Assembly: GCA_964016885.1 (NCBI GenBank)
Contig: OZ024743.1
Span: forward strand, 137,578,001 to 137,642,000
Direction: 5' to 3'
DNA length: 64,000 nt
DNA from: Eledone cirrhosa
Lineage: Eukaryota
Positions 49,755-61,700 of this stretch are shown in pieces. The notes below the pieces were generated by a model. That model saw only the letters and a list, made by a program, of their open reading frames with translations. It made no database searches and was not told the DNA's origin. Each line of letters starts with the position of its first letter. Position 1 is the stretch's first letter. The position numbers and the translations under genes are program-made.

Positions 49755-52700
49755 TTGGTGCTTGGTGTTTGGTGTTTGGTGCTTGGTGCCTGGTGCTTGT
49801 TGTTTGGTGATTGGTGCTTGCTGTTTGCTGTTTGGTGCTGCGTGCTTGGTGCTTGGTGCTTGGTGCTTGGTGCTTGGTGTTTTGTGTTTGGTGTTTGATG
49901 CTTGGTGTTTGGTGTTTGGTGCTTGTTGCTTGGTGTTTGGTGTTTGATGTTTGGTGCTTGATGCTTGGTGCTTGGTGCTTGGTGTTTGGTGCTTGGTGCT
50001 TGGTGTTTGTACTTGGTGTTTGGTGCTTGGTGTTTGGAGCTTGGTGCTTGGTGTTTGGTGCTTGGTGCTTGGTTTTTGGTGTTTGGTGCTTGGTGTTTGG
50101 TGCTTGGTGCTTGGTGCTTGGTGTTAGGTGTTTGGTGCTTCATGCCTGGTGCTTGGTGTTTGGTGCTTGGTGCTTGGTGTTTGGTGCTTGGTGCCTGGTG
50201 CATGGTGTTTGGTGCTTGATGCTTGGTGTTTGGTGTTTGGTGCTTGGTGTTTGGTGCTTGGTGCTTTGTGTTTGGTGTTAGGTGTTAGGTGTTTGGTGAT
50301 TGGTGCTTGGTGTTTGGTGCTTGGTGCTTGATGTTTGGTGCTTGGTGCTTGGTGTTTGGTGCTTGGTGTTTGGTGCTTGGTACTTGGGGCTTGGTGTTTG
50401 GTGCTTGGAGCTTGGTGTTTGGTGCATGGTGTTTGGTGTTTGGTGCTTGGTGTTTGGTGCTTGGTGCTTGGTGCTGGGTGGTTGGTGTTTGGTGCTTGGT
50501 GCTTGGTGTTTGGTGCTTGGTGCTTGGTGTTTGGTGCTTGGCGCTTGGTGCTTAGTCTTTGGTGCTTGGTGATTAGTGTTTGGTGCTTGGTGCTTGGGGT
50601 TTGGTGTTTGGTGCTTGGTGCTTGGTGTTTGGTGCTTGGTGCTTGGTGATTGGTGCTTGGTGTTTGGTTTTTGCTGTTTGGTGTTTGGTGTTTGCTGTTT
50701 GCTGTTTGCTGTTTGGTGTCTGCTTTTTGGTGTTTGGTGTTTGCTGTATCGTGTTTGCTGTTTCGTGTTTATTGTTTGCTGTTTGGTGTTTGGTGTTTGG
50801 TGTTTGGTGTTTCCTGTTTGGTGTTTAGTCTTTGGTGCTTGGTGTTTGGTGCTTGGTGCTTGGTGTTTGGTGTTTGGTGCTTGTTGCTTGGTGTTTGGTG
50901 CTTGGTGCTTGTTGTTTGGTGATTGGTGCTTGGTGCTTGGTGTTTGGTGTTTGGTGCTTGGGGCTTGGTGTTTGGTGCTTGGTGCTTGGTGCTTGGTGCT
51001 TGGTGCTTGGTGTTTGGTGTTTGATGATTGGTGTTTGGTGTTTGGTGTTTGGTGCTTGGTGCTTGGTGTTTGGTGTTTGATGCTTCCTGCTTGATGCTTG
51101 GTGCTTGGTGCTTGGTGTTTGGTGCTTGGTGCTTGGTGTTTGGTGCTTGGTACTTGGTGTTTGGTTCTTGGTGTTTGCTGTTTGCTGTTTGGTGTTTGGT
51201 GTTTGCTGTTTGCTGTTTGGTGTCTGCTTTTTGGTGTTTGTTGTTTGCTCTATGGTGTTTGCTGTTTCATGTTTGGTGTTTGCTGTTTGGTGTTTGTTGT
51301 TTGGTGTTTGGTGCTTGGTGTTTGGTGCTTGGTGCTTGGTGTTTGGTGCTAGGTGCTTGGTGCTTGGTGCTTGGTGTTTGGTGTTTGGTGCTTGGTACTT
51401 GGGGCTTGGTGTTTGGTGCTTGGTGCTTCGTGCTTGGTGTTTGGTGCTTGATGCTTGGTGTTTGGTGTTTGGTGCTTGGTGCCTGGTGCTTGTTGTTTGG
51501 TGATTGGTGCTTGGTGTTTGCTGTTTGGTGCTGCGTGCTTGGTGCTTGGTGCTTGGTGCTTGGTGCTTGGTGTTTTGTGTTTGGTGTTTGATGCTTGGTG
51601 TTTGGTGTTTGGTGCTTGTTGCTTGGTGTTTGGTGTTTGATGCTTGGTGCTTGATGCTTGGTGCTTGGTGCTTGGTGTTTGGTGCTTGGTGCTTGGTGTT
51701 TGTACTTGGTGTTTGGTGCTTGGTGTTTGGAGCTTGGTGCTTGGTGTTTGGTGCTTGGTGCTTGGTGTTTGGTGTTTGGTGCTTGGTGTTTGGTGCTTGG
51801 TGCTTGGTGCTTGGTGTTAGGTGTTTGGTGCTTCATGCCTGGTGCTTGGTGTTTGGTGCTTGGTGCTTGGTGTTTGGTGCTTGGTGCCTGGTGCGTGGTG
51901 TTTGTTGCTTGGTGCTTGGTGTTTGGTGTTTGGTGCTTGGTGTTTGGTGCTTGGTGCTTGGTGTTAGGTGTTAGGTGTTTGGTGCTTGGTGCTTGGTGCT
52001 TGGTGTTTGGTGTTTGGTGTTTGGCGCTTGCTGCTTGCTGCTTGGTGTTTGGTGCTTGGTGATTGGTGCTTGGTGTTTGGTGCTTGGTGCTTGGTGTTTG
52101 GTGCTAGGTGCTTGGTGCTTGGTGCTTGGTGTTTGGTGTTTGGTGCTTGGTACTTGGGGCTTGGTGTTTGGTGCTTGGTGCTTCGTGTTTGGTGTTTGGT
52201 GCTTGGTGCTTGGCGTTTAGTGTTTGGTGCTTGGTGTTTGGTGCTTGGTGCTTGGTGCTTGGTGCTTGGTGTTTGGTGCTTGGTGCTTGGTGCTTTGTGT
52301 TTGGTGATTGGTGTTTGGTGTTTGGTGCTTGGTGCTTGGTGTTTGGTGCTTGGTACTTGGTGTTTGGTTCTTGGTGTTTGCTGTTTGCTGTTTGGTGTTT
52401 GCTGTTTGCTGTTTGCTGTTTGGTGTCTGCTTTTTGGTGTTTGGTGTTTGCTGTATCGTGTTTGCTGTTTCGTGTTTATTGTTTGCTGTTTGGTGTTTGG
52501 TGTTTGGTGTTTGGTGTTTCCTGTTTGGTGTTTAGTCTTTGGTGCTTGGTGTTTGGTGCTTGGTGCTTGGTGTTTGGTGTTTGGTGCTTGGTGCTTGGTG
52601 TTTGGTGCTTGGTGCTTGTTGTTTGGTGATTGGTGCTTGGTGCTTGGTGTTTGGTGTTTGGTGCTTGGGGCTTGGTGTTTGGTGCTTGGTGCTTGGTGCT

Positions 52701-55700
52701 TGGTGCTTGGTGCTTGGTGTTTGGTGTTTGATGATTGGTGTTTGGTGTTTGGTGTTTGGTGCTTGGTGCTTGGTGTTTGGTGTTTGATGCTTCCTGCTTG
52801 ATGCTTGGTGCTTGGTGCTTGGTGTTTGGTGCTTGGTGCTTGGTGTTTGGTGCTTGGTACTTGGTGTTTGGTTCTTGGTGTTTGCTGTTTGCTGTTTGGT
52901 GTTTGGTGTTTGCTGTTTGCTGTTTGGTGTCTGCTTTTTGGTGTTTGTTGTTTGCTCTATGGTGTTTGCTGTTTCATGTTTGGTGTTTGCTGTTTGGTGT
53001 TTGTTGTTTGGTGTTTGGTGCTTGGTGTTTGGTGCTTGGTGCTTGGCGTTTGGTGCTAGGTGCTTGGTGCTTGGTGCTTGGTGTTTGGTGTTTGGTGCTT
53101 GGTACTTGGGGCTTGGTGTTTGGTGCTTGGTGCTTCGTGCTTGGTGTTTGGTGCTTGGTGCTTGGTGTTTGGTGTTTGGTGCTTGGTGCCTGGTGCTTGT
53201 TGTTTGGTGATTGGTGCTTGGTGTTTGCTGTTTGGTGCTGCGTGCTTGGTGCTTGGTGCTTGGTGCTTGGTGCTTGGTGTTTTGTGTTTGGTGTTTGATG
53301 CTTGGTGTTTGGTGTTTGGTGCTTGTTGCTTGGTGTTTGGTGTTTGATGCTTGGTGCTTGATGCTTGGTGCTTGGTGCTTGGTGTTTGGTGCTTGGTGCT
53401 TGGTGTTTGTACTTGGTGTTTGGTGCTTGGTGTTTGGAGCTTGGTGCTTGGTGTTTGGTGCTTGTTGCTTGGTGTTTGGTGTTTGGTGCTTGGTGTTTGG
53501 TGCTTGGTGCTTGGTGCTTGGTGTTAGGTGTTTGGTGCTTCATGCCTGGTGCTTGGTGTTTGGTGCTTGGTGCTTGGTGTTTGGTGCTTGGTGCCTGGTG
53601 CATGGTGTTTGGTGCTTGATGCTTGGTGTTTGGTGTTCGGTGCTTGGTGTTTGGTGCTTGGTGCTTTGTGTTTGGTGTTAGGTGTTAGGTGTTTGGTGAT
53701 TGGTGCTTGGTGTTTGGTGCTTGGTGCTTGATGTTTGGTGCTTGGTGCTTGGTGTTTGGTGCTTGGTGTTTGGTGCTTGGTACTTGGGGCTTGGTGTTTG
53801 GTGCTTGGAGCTTGGTGTTTGGTGCTTGGTGTTTGGTGTTTGGTGCTTGGTGTTTGGTGCTTGGTGCTTGGTGCTGGGTGGTTGGTGTTTGGTGCTTGGT
53901 GCTTGGTGTTTGGTGCTTGGTGCTTGGTGTTTGGTGCTTGGCGCTTGGTGCTTAGTCTTTGGTGCTTGGTGATTAGTGTTTGGTGCTTGGTGCTTGGGGT
54001 TTGGTGTTTGGTGCTTGGTGCTTGGTGTTTGGTGCTTGGTGCTTGGTGATTGGTGCTTGGTGTTTGGTTTTTGCTGTTTGGTGTTTGGTGTTTGCTGTTT
54101 GCTGTTTGCTGTTTGGTGTCTGCTTTTTGGTGTTTGGTGTTTGCTGTATCGTGTTTGCTGTTTCGTGTTTATTGTTTGCTGTTTGGTGTTTGGTGTTTGG
54201 TGTTTGGTGTTTCCTGTTTGGTGTTTAGTCTTTGGTGCTTGGTGTTTGGTGCTTGGTGCTTGGTGTTTGGTGTTTGGTGCTTGTTGCTTGGTGTTTGGTG
54301 CTTGGTGCTTGTTGTTTGGTGATTGGTGCTTGGTGCTTGGTGTTTGGTGTTTGGTGCTTGGGGCTTGGTGTTTGGTGCTTGGTGCTTGGTGCTTGGTGCT
54401 TGGTGCTTGGTGTTTGGTGTTTGATGATTGGTGTTTGGTGTTTGGTGTTTGGTGCTTGGTGCTTGGTGTTTGGTGTTTGATGCTTCCTGCTTGATGCTTG
54501 GTGCTTGGTGCTTGGTGTTTGGTGCTTGGTGCTTGGTGTTTGGTGCTTGGTACTTGGTGTTTGGTTCTTGGTGTTTGCTGTTTGCTGTTTGGTGTTTGGT
54601 GTTTGCTGTTTGCTGTTTGGTGTCTGCTTTTTGGTGTTTGTTGTTTGCTCTATGGTGTTTGCTGTTTCATGTTTGGTGTTTGCTGTTTGGTGTTTGTTGT
54701 TTGGTGTTTGGTGCTTGGTGTTTGGTGCTTGGTGCTTGGTGTTTGGTGCTAGGTGCTTGGTGCTTGGTGCTTGGTGTTTGGTGTTTGGTGCTTGGTACTT
54801 GGGGCTTGGTGTTTGGTGCTTGGTGCTTTGTGCTTGGTGTTTGGTGCTTGATGCTTGGTGTTTGGTGTTTGGTGCTTGGTGCCTGGTGCTTGTTGTTTGG
54901 TGATTGGTGCTTGGTGTTTGCTGTTTGGTGCTGCATGCTTGGTGCTTGGTGCTTGGTGCTTGGTGCTTGGTGTTTTGTGTTTGGTGTTTGATGCTTGGTG
55001 TTTGGTGTTTGGTGCTTGTTGCTTGGTGTTTGGTGTTTGATGCTTGGTGCTTGATGCTTGGTGCTTGGTGCTTGGTGTTTGGTGCTTGGTGCTTGGTGTT
55101 TGTACTTGGTGTTTGGTGCTTGGTGTTTGGAGCTTGGTGCTTGGTGTTTGGTGCTTGGTGCTTGGTGTTTGGTGTTTGGTGCTTGGTGTTTGTTGCTTGG
55201 TGCTTGGTGCTTGGTGTTAGGTGTTTGGTGCTTCATGCCTGGTGCTTGGTGTTTGGTGCTTGGTGCTTGGTGTTTGGTGCTTGGTGCCTGGTGCGTGGTG
55301 TTTGTTGCTTGGTGCTTGGTGTTTGGTGTTTGGTGCTTGGTGTTTGGTGCTTGGTGCTTGGTGTTAGGTGTTAGGTGTTTGGTGCTTGGTGCTTGGTGCT
55401 TGGTGTTTGGTGTTTGGTGTTTGGCGCTTGCTGCTTGCTGCTTGGTGTTTGGTGCTTGGTGATTGGTGCTTGGTGTTTGGTGCTTGGTGCTTGGTGTTTG
55501 GTGCTAGGTGCTTGGTGCTTGGTGCTTGGTGTTTGGTGTTTGGTGCTTGGTACTTGGGGCTTGGTGTTTGGTGCTTGGTGCTTCGTGTTTGGTGTTTGGT
55601 GCTTGGTGCTTGGCGTTTAGTGTTTGGTGCTTGGTGTTTGGTGCTTGGTGCTTGGTGCTTGGTGCTTGGTGTTTGGTGCTTGGTGCTTAGTGCTTGGTGT

Positions 55701-55754
55701 TTGGTGATTGGTGTTTGGTGTTTGGTGCTTGGTGCTTGGTGTTTGGTGCTTGGT
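49755..55754 (+). repeat. Dimeric higher-order repeat, period 3,400 bp made of 1,707 and 1,693 bp subunits (~3.5 subunits present)
   Basis: ORF pairs at offset 3,400 (49811/53211, 50289/53689, 51028/54428, 51968/55368). The marker TTCCTGC-TTGA stop falls at 51094, 52801 and 54494. 1,707 = 243x7+6 and 1,693 = 241x7+6, one hexamer each. Confidence 0.9.
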
Positions 55755-58739
55755 GCTTGGTGATTAGTGTTTGGTGCTTGGTGCTTGGGGTTTGGTGTTT
55801 GGTGCTTGGTGCTTGGTGCTTGGTGTTTGGTTCTTGGTGTTTGGTGCTTGGTGCTTGGTGCTTGGTGTTTGGTGCTTGGTGCTTGGTGTTTGGTGCTTGG
55901 TGTTTGGTGCTTGGTGTTTGGTGCTTGGTGCTTGGTGCTTGGTGCATGGTGCTTGGTGTTTGGTGCTTGGTGTTTGGTGCTTGGTTTTAGGAGTTTGGTG
56001 CTTGGTGCTTGGTGTTTGGTGTTTGGTGCTTGGTATTTGGTGCTTGGTGCTTGGTGTTTGGTGTTTGGTGCTTGGTGTTTGGTGCTTGCTACGTGGTGCT
56101 TGGTGCTTGGTGTTAGGTGTTTAGTGCTTGGTGCGTGGTGTTTGGTTTTTGGTGCTTGGTGCTTGGTGTTTGGTGTTTGGTGCTTGCTGCTGGCTGCTTG
56201 GTGTTTGGTGCTTGGTGATTGGTGCTTGGTGTTTGGTGCTTGGTGTTTGGTGTTTGGTGCTAGGTGCTTGGTGCTTGGTGTTTGGTGATGATTGGTGCTT
56301 GGTGTTTGGTGTTTGGTGCTTGGTGCTTGGTGTTTGGTGCTTGGTGCTGGGTGGTTGGTGTTTGGTGCTTGGTGTTTGGTGCTGGGTGCTTGGTGTTTGG
56401 TGCTTGGTGCTTGGTCTTTGGTGCTTGGTGTTTGGTGTTTGGTGCTTGGTGCTTGGTGCTTGGTGTTTGGTGCTTGGTGCTTGGTGTTTGGTGCTTGGTG
56501 CTTAGTGTTTGGTGCTAGGTGCTTGGGGTTTGGTGTTTGGTGCTTGGTGTTTGGTGCTTGGTGCTTGGTGTTTGGTGTTTGGTGTTTGGTGCTTGGTGCT
56601 TGGTATTTGGTGTTTGCTGTTTACTGTTTGGTGTTTGTTGTTTGGTGTTTGTTGTTTAGTGTTTGTTGTTTGGTGTTTGTTGTTTGGTGTTTGCTGTTTG
56701 GTGTTTGGTGTTTGTTGTTTGGTGTTTGCTGTTTGGTGTCTGCTTTTTGGTGTTTGGTGTTTGCTGTATGTTGTTTGCTGTTTGGTGTTTGGTGTTTGGT
56801 ATTTGGTGTTTGGTGCTTGGTGCTTGGTGTTTGGTGATTGGTGCTTGGTGTTTGGTGCCTGGTGCTTGGTGCTTGGTGTTTGGTGTTTGGTGCTTGGTGC
56901 TTGGTGCTTGGAGTTTGGTGTTTGGTGCTTGTTGCTTGGTGTTTTGTGTTTGGTGTTTGGATTTTGGTGCTTCGTGCTTGGTGCTTGGTCCTTGGTGTTT
57001 GGTGCTGGGTGCTTTGTGTTTGGTGCTTGGTGCTTCGTGCTTGGTGTTTGGTGTTTGCTGCTTGGTGTTTGGTGCTTGGTGCTTGGTGCTTGGTGTTTTG
57101 TGTTTGGTGCTTGGTGCTTGGTGTTTGTACTTGGTGCTTGGTGCTTGGTGTTTGGTTCTTGGTTCTTGGTGTTTGGTACTTGGTGCTTGCTGCTTGGTGG
57201 TTGGTGTTTGGTGCTTGGTGTTTGGTGCTTGGTGCTTGGTGTTTGGTGCTTGGTGTTTGGTGTTTGGTGCTTGGTGCTTGGTGTTTGGTGTTTGGTGTTT
57301 GCTGTTTGCTGTTTGCTGTTTGGTGTCTGCTTTTTGGTGTTTGGTGTTTGCTGTATGGTGTTTGCTGTTTCGTGTTTGGTGTTTGCTGTTTGGTGTTTGG
57401 TCTTTGGTGCTTGGTGTTTGGTGCTTGGTGCTTGGTGTTTGGTGTTTGGTGCTTGGTGCTTGGTGTTTGGTGTTTGGTGCTTGGTGCTTGGTGCTTGGTA
57501 TTTGGTGTTTGGTGCTTGGTGTCTGGTGCTTGGTGTTTGGTGCTTGGTGTTTGGTGTTTGGTGTTTGGTGCTTGGTGCTTGGTATTTGGTGTTTGGTGCT
57601 TGGTGTCTGGTGCTTGGTGTTTGGTGCTTGGTGTTTGGTGTTTGGTGTTTGGTGCTTGGTGCTTGGTGTTTGGTGTTTGGTGTTTGGTGTTTGGTGTTTG
57701 CTGTTTGGTGTCTGCTTTTTCGTGTTTGGTGTTTGCTGTATGGTGTTTGCTGTTTCGTGTTTGGTGTTTGCTGTTTGGTGTTTGGTGTTTGCTGTTTGGT
57801 GTTTGGTCTTTGGTGCTTGGTGTTTGGTGCTTGGTGTTTGGTGTTTGGTGCTTGGTGCTTGGTGTTTGGTATTTGGTGCTTGGTGCTTGGTGCTTGGTGT
57901 TTGGTGTTTGGTGCTTGGTGCTTGGTGCTTGGTGTTTGGTGCTTGGTGCTTGGTGTTTGGTACTGGGTGCTTGGTGTTTGGTGCTTGGTGCTTGGTGCTT
58001 GGTGCTTGGTATTTGGTGTTTGCTGCTTGGTGTCTGGTGCTTGGTGTTTGGTGTTTGGTGTTTGGTGCTTGGTGTTTGGTGTTTGGTGTTTGGTGCTTGT
58101 TGCTTGGTGCTTGGTGCTTGGTGTTTGGTGCTTGGTGCTTGGTGTTTGGTGCTGGGTGCTGGGTGCTTGGTGCTTGGTGCATGGTGCTTGGTGCTTGGTG
58201 TTTGGTGTTTGGTGCTTGGTGCTTGGTGTTTGGTGTTATATGCTTGGTGTTTGATGCTTGGTGCTTGGTGCTTGGTGTTTGGTGTTTGGTGCTTGGTGTT
58301 TGATGCTTGGTGCTTGGTGCTTGGTGTTTGGTGCTTGGTGCTTGGTGTTTGTACTTGGTGCTTGGTGCATGGTTCTTGGTGTTTGGTGCTTGGTGCTTGG
58401 TGCTTGGTGTTTGGTGCTTGGTGCTTGGTGTTTGGTGCTTGGTGTTTGGTGCTTGGTGTTTGGTGCTTGGTGCTTGCTACGTGGTGCTTGGTGCTTGGTG
58501 TTAGGTGTTTGGTGCTTGGTGCGTGGTGTTTGGTTTTTGGTGCTTGGTGCTTGGTGTTTGGTGTTTGGTGCTTGCTGCTGGCTGCTTGGTGTTTGGTGCT
58601 TGGTGATTGGTGCTTGGTGTTTGGTGCTTGGTGTTTGGTGTTTGGTGCTAGGTGCTTGGTGCTTGGTGTTTGGTGCTTGGTGCTTGGTGTTTGGTGTTTG
58701 GTGCTTTGTGCTTGGTGTCTGGTGCTTGGTGCTGGGTGG

Positions 58740-61700
58740 TTGGTGTTTGGTGCTTGGTGTTTGGTGCTGGGTGCTTGGTGTTTGGTGCTTGGTGCTTGGT
58801 CTTTGGTGCTTGGTGTTTGGTGTTTGGTGCTTGGTGCTTGGTGCTTGGTGTTTGGTGCTTGGTGCTTGGTGTTTGGTGCTTGGTGCTTAGTGTTTGGTGC
58901 TAGGTGCTTGGGGTTTGGTGTTTGGTGCTTGGTGCTTGGTGTTTGGTGCTTGGTGCTTGGTGCTTGGTCTTTGCTGTTTGGTGTTTAGTGCTTGGTGCTT
59001 GGTGCTTGGTGTTTGGTGCTTGGTGCTTGGTGCATTGTGATTAGTGTTTGGTGCTTGGTGCTTGGGGTTTGGTGTTTGGTGCTTGGTGCTTGGTATTTGG
59101 TGCTTGGTACTTGGTGTTTGGTGCTTGGTGTTTGCTGTTTGCTGTTTGCTGTTTTTGGTGTTTGCTGTTTGCTGTTTGGTGTCTGCTTTTTGGTGTTTGG
59201 TGTTTGCTCTATGGTGTTTGCTGTTTCATGTTTGGTGTTTGCTGTTTGGTGTTTGGTGTTTGCTGTTTGGTGTTTGGTCTTTGGTGCTTGGTCTTTGGTG
59301 CTTGGTGTTTGGTGCTTGGTGCTTGGTGTTTGGTGTTTGGTGCTTGGTGCCTGGTGCTTGTCGTTTGGTGATTGGTGCTTGGTGTTTGCTGTTTGGTGTT
59401 TGGTGCTTGGTGTTTGCTGTTTGGTGTTTGGTGCTTGGTGCTTGGTGCTTGGTGTTTGGTGCTTGGTGCTTGGTGCCTGCTGCTTGTTGTTTGGTGATTG
59501 GTGCTTGGTGTTTGCTGTTTGGTGTTTGGTGTTTGGTGTTTGCTGTTTGGTGTTTGGTGCTTGGTGTTTGATGCTTGGTGCTTGGTGCTTGGTGTTTGGT
59601 GTTTGGTGTTTGCTGTTTGGTGTTTGGTGCTTGGTGCTTGGTGCTTGGTGTTTGGTGCTTGGTGTTTGGTGCTTGGTGATTGATGGTTGGTGTTTGTACT
59701 TGGTGCTTGGTGCTTGGTGTTTTGTGCTTGATTCTTGGTGTTTGGTGCTAGGTGTTTGCTGCTTAGTGCTTGGTGTTTGGTGTTTGGTGCTTGGTGTTTG
59801 GTGCTTGGTGCTTGGTTCTTGGTGTTAGGTATTTCGTGCTTGGTGTTTGGTGTTTGGTGCTTCATGCTTGGTGCTTGGTGTTTGGTGCTTGGTGCTTGGT
59901 GTTTGGTGTTTGGTGCCTGGTGTTTGGTGCTTGGTGCTTGGTGCTTGGTGTTAGGTGTTAGGTGTTTGATGCTTGGTGTTTGCTGTTTGGTGTTTGTTGT
60001 TTGCTGTTTGGTGTTTGGTCTTTGGTGCTTGGTCTTTGGTGCTTGGTGTTTGGTGCTTGGTGCTTGGTGTTTGGTGTTTGGTGCTTGGTGCCTGGTGCTT
60101 GTTGTTTGGTGATTGGTGCTTGGTGTTTGCTGTTTGGTGTTTGGTGTTTGGTGTTTGCTGTTTTGTGTTTGGTGCTTGGTGCTTGGTGCTTGGTGTTTGG
60201 TGCTTGGTGCTTGGTGTTTGGTGCTTGGTGCTTGATGCTTGGTGTTTGTACTTGGTGCTTGGTGCTTGGTGTTTTGTGCTTGATTCTCGGTGTTTGGTGC
60301 TTGGTGTTTGGTTCTTAGTGCTTGGTGTTTGGTGTTTGGTGCTTGGTGTTTGGTGCTTGGTGCTTGGTGCTTGGTGTTTGGTGCTTGATGCTTGGTGTTT
60401 GGTGCTTGGTGCCTGGTGCATGGTGTTTGGTGCTTGATGCTTGGTGTTTGGTGTTTGGTGCTTGTTGTTTGGTGCTTGGTGCTTGGTGCTTGGTATTAGG
60501 TGTTAGGTGTTTGGTGATTGGTGCTTGGTGTTTGGTGCTTGGTGCTTGATGTTTGGTGCTTGGTGCTTGGTGTTTGGTGCTTGGTGTTTGGTGCTTGGTA
60601 CTTGGGGCTTGGTGTTTGGTGCTTGGTGCTTGGTGTTTGGTGCTTGGTGTTTGGTGTTTGGTGCTTGGTGTTTGGTGCTTGGTGCTTGGTGCTGGGTGGT
60701 TGGTGTTTGGTGCTTGGTGCTTGGTGTTTGGTGCTTGGTGCTTGGTGTTTGGTGCTTGGCGCTTGGTGCTTGGTCTTTGGTGCTTGGTGATTAGTGTTTG
60801 GTGCTTGGTGCTTGGGGTTTGGTGTTTGGTGCTTGGTGCTTGGTGTTTGGTGCTTGGTGTTTGGTGCTTGGTGTTTGGTTTTTGCTGTTTGGTGTTTGGT
60901 GTTTGCTGTTTGCTGTTTGCTGTTTGGTGTCTGCTTTTTGGTGTTTGGTGTTTGCTGTATCGTGTTTGCTGTTTCGTGTTTATTGTTTGCTGTTTGGTGT
61001 TTGGTGTTTGGTGTTTGGTGTTTCCTGTTTGGTGTTTAGTCTTTGGTGCTTGGTGTTTGGTGCTTGGTGCTTGGTGTTTGGTGTTTGGTGCTTGGTGCTT
61101 GGTGTTTGGTGCTTGGTGCTTGTTGTTTGGTGATTGGTGCTTGGTGCTTGGTGTTTGGTGTTGGGTGCTTGGGGCTTGGTGTTTGGTGCTTGGTGCTTGG
61201 TGCTTGGTGCTTGGTGTTTGGTGTTTGATGATTGGTGTTTGGTGTTTGGTGTTTGGTGCTTGGTGCTTGGTGTTTGGTGTTTGATGCTTCCTGCTTGATG
61301 CTTGGTGCTTGGTGCTTGGTGTTTGGTGCTTGGTGCTTGGTGTTTGGTGCTTGGTACTTGGTGTTTGGTTCTTGGTGTTTGCCGTTTGCTGTTTGGTGTT
61401 TGGTGTTTGCTGTTTGCTGTTTGGTGTCTGCTTTTTGGTGTTTGTTGTTTGCTCTATGGTGTTTGCTGTTTCATGTTTGGTGTTTGCTGTTTGGTGTTTG
61501 TTGTTTGGTGCTGGGTGCTTGGTGTTTGGTGCTTGGTGCTTGGTCTTTGGTGCTTGGTGTTTGGTGTTTGGTGCTTGGTGCTTGGTGCTTGGTGTTTGGT
61601 GCTTGGTGCTTGGTGTTTGGTGCTTGGTGCTTAGTGTTTGGTGCTAGGTGCTTGGGGTTTGGTGTTTGGTGCTTGGTGCTTGGTGTTTGGTGCTTGGTGC

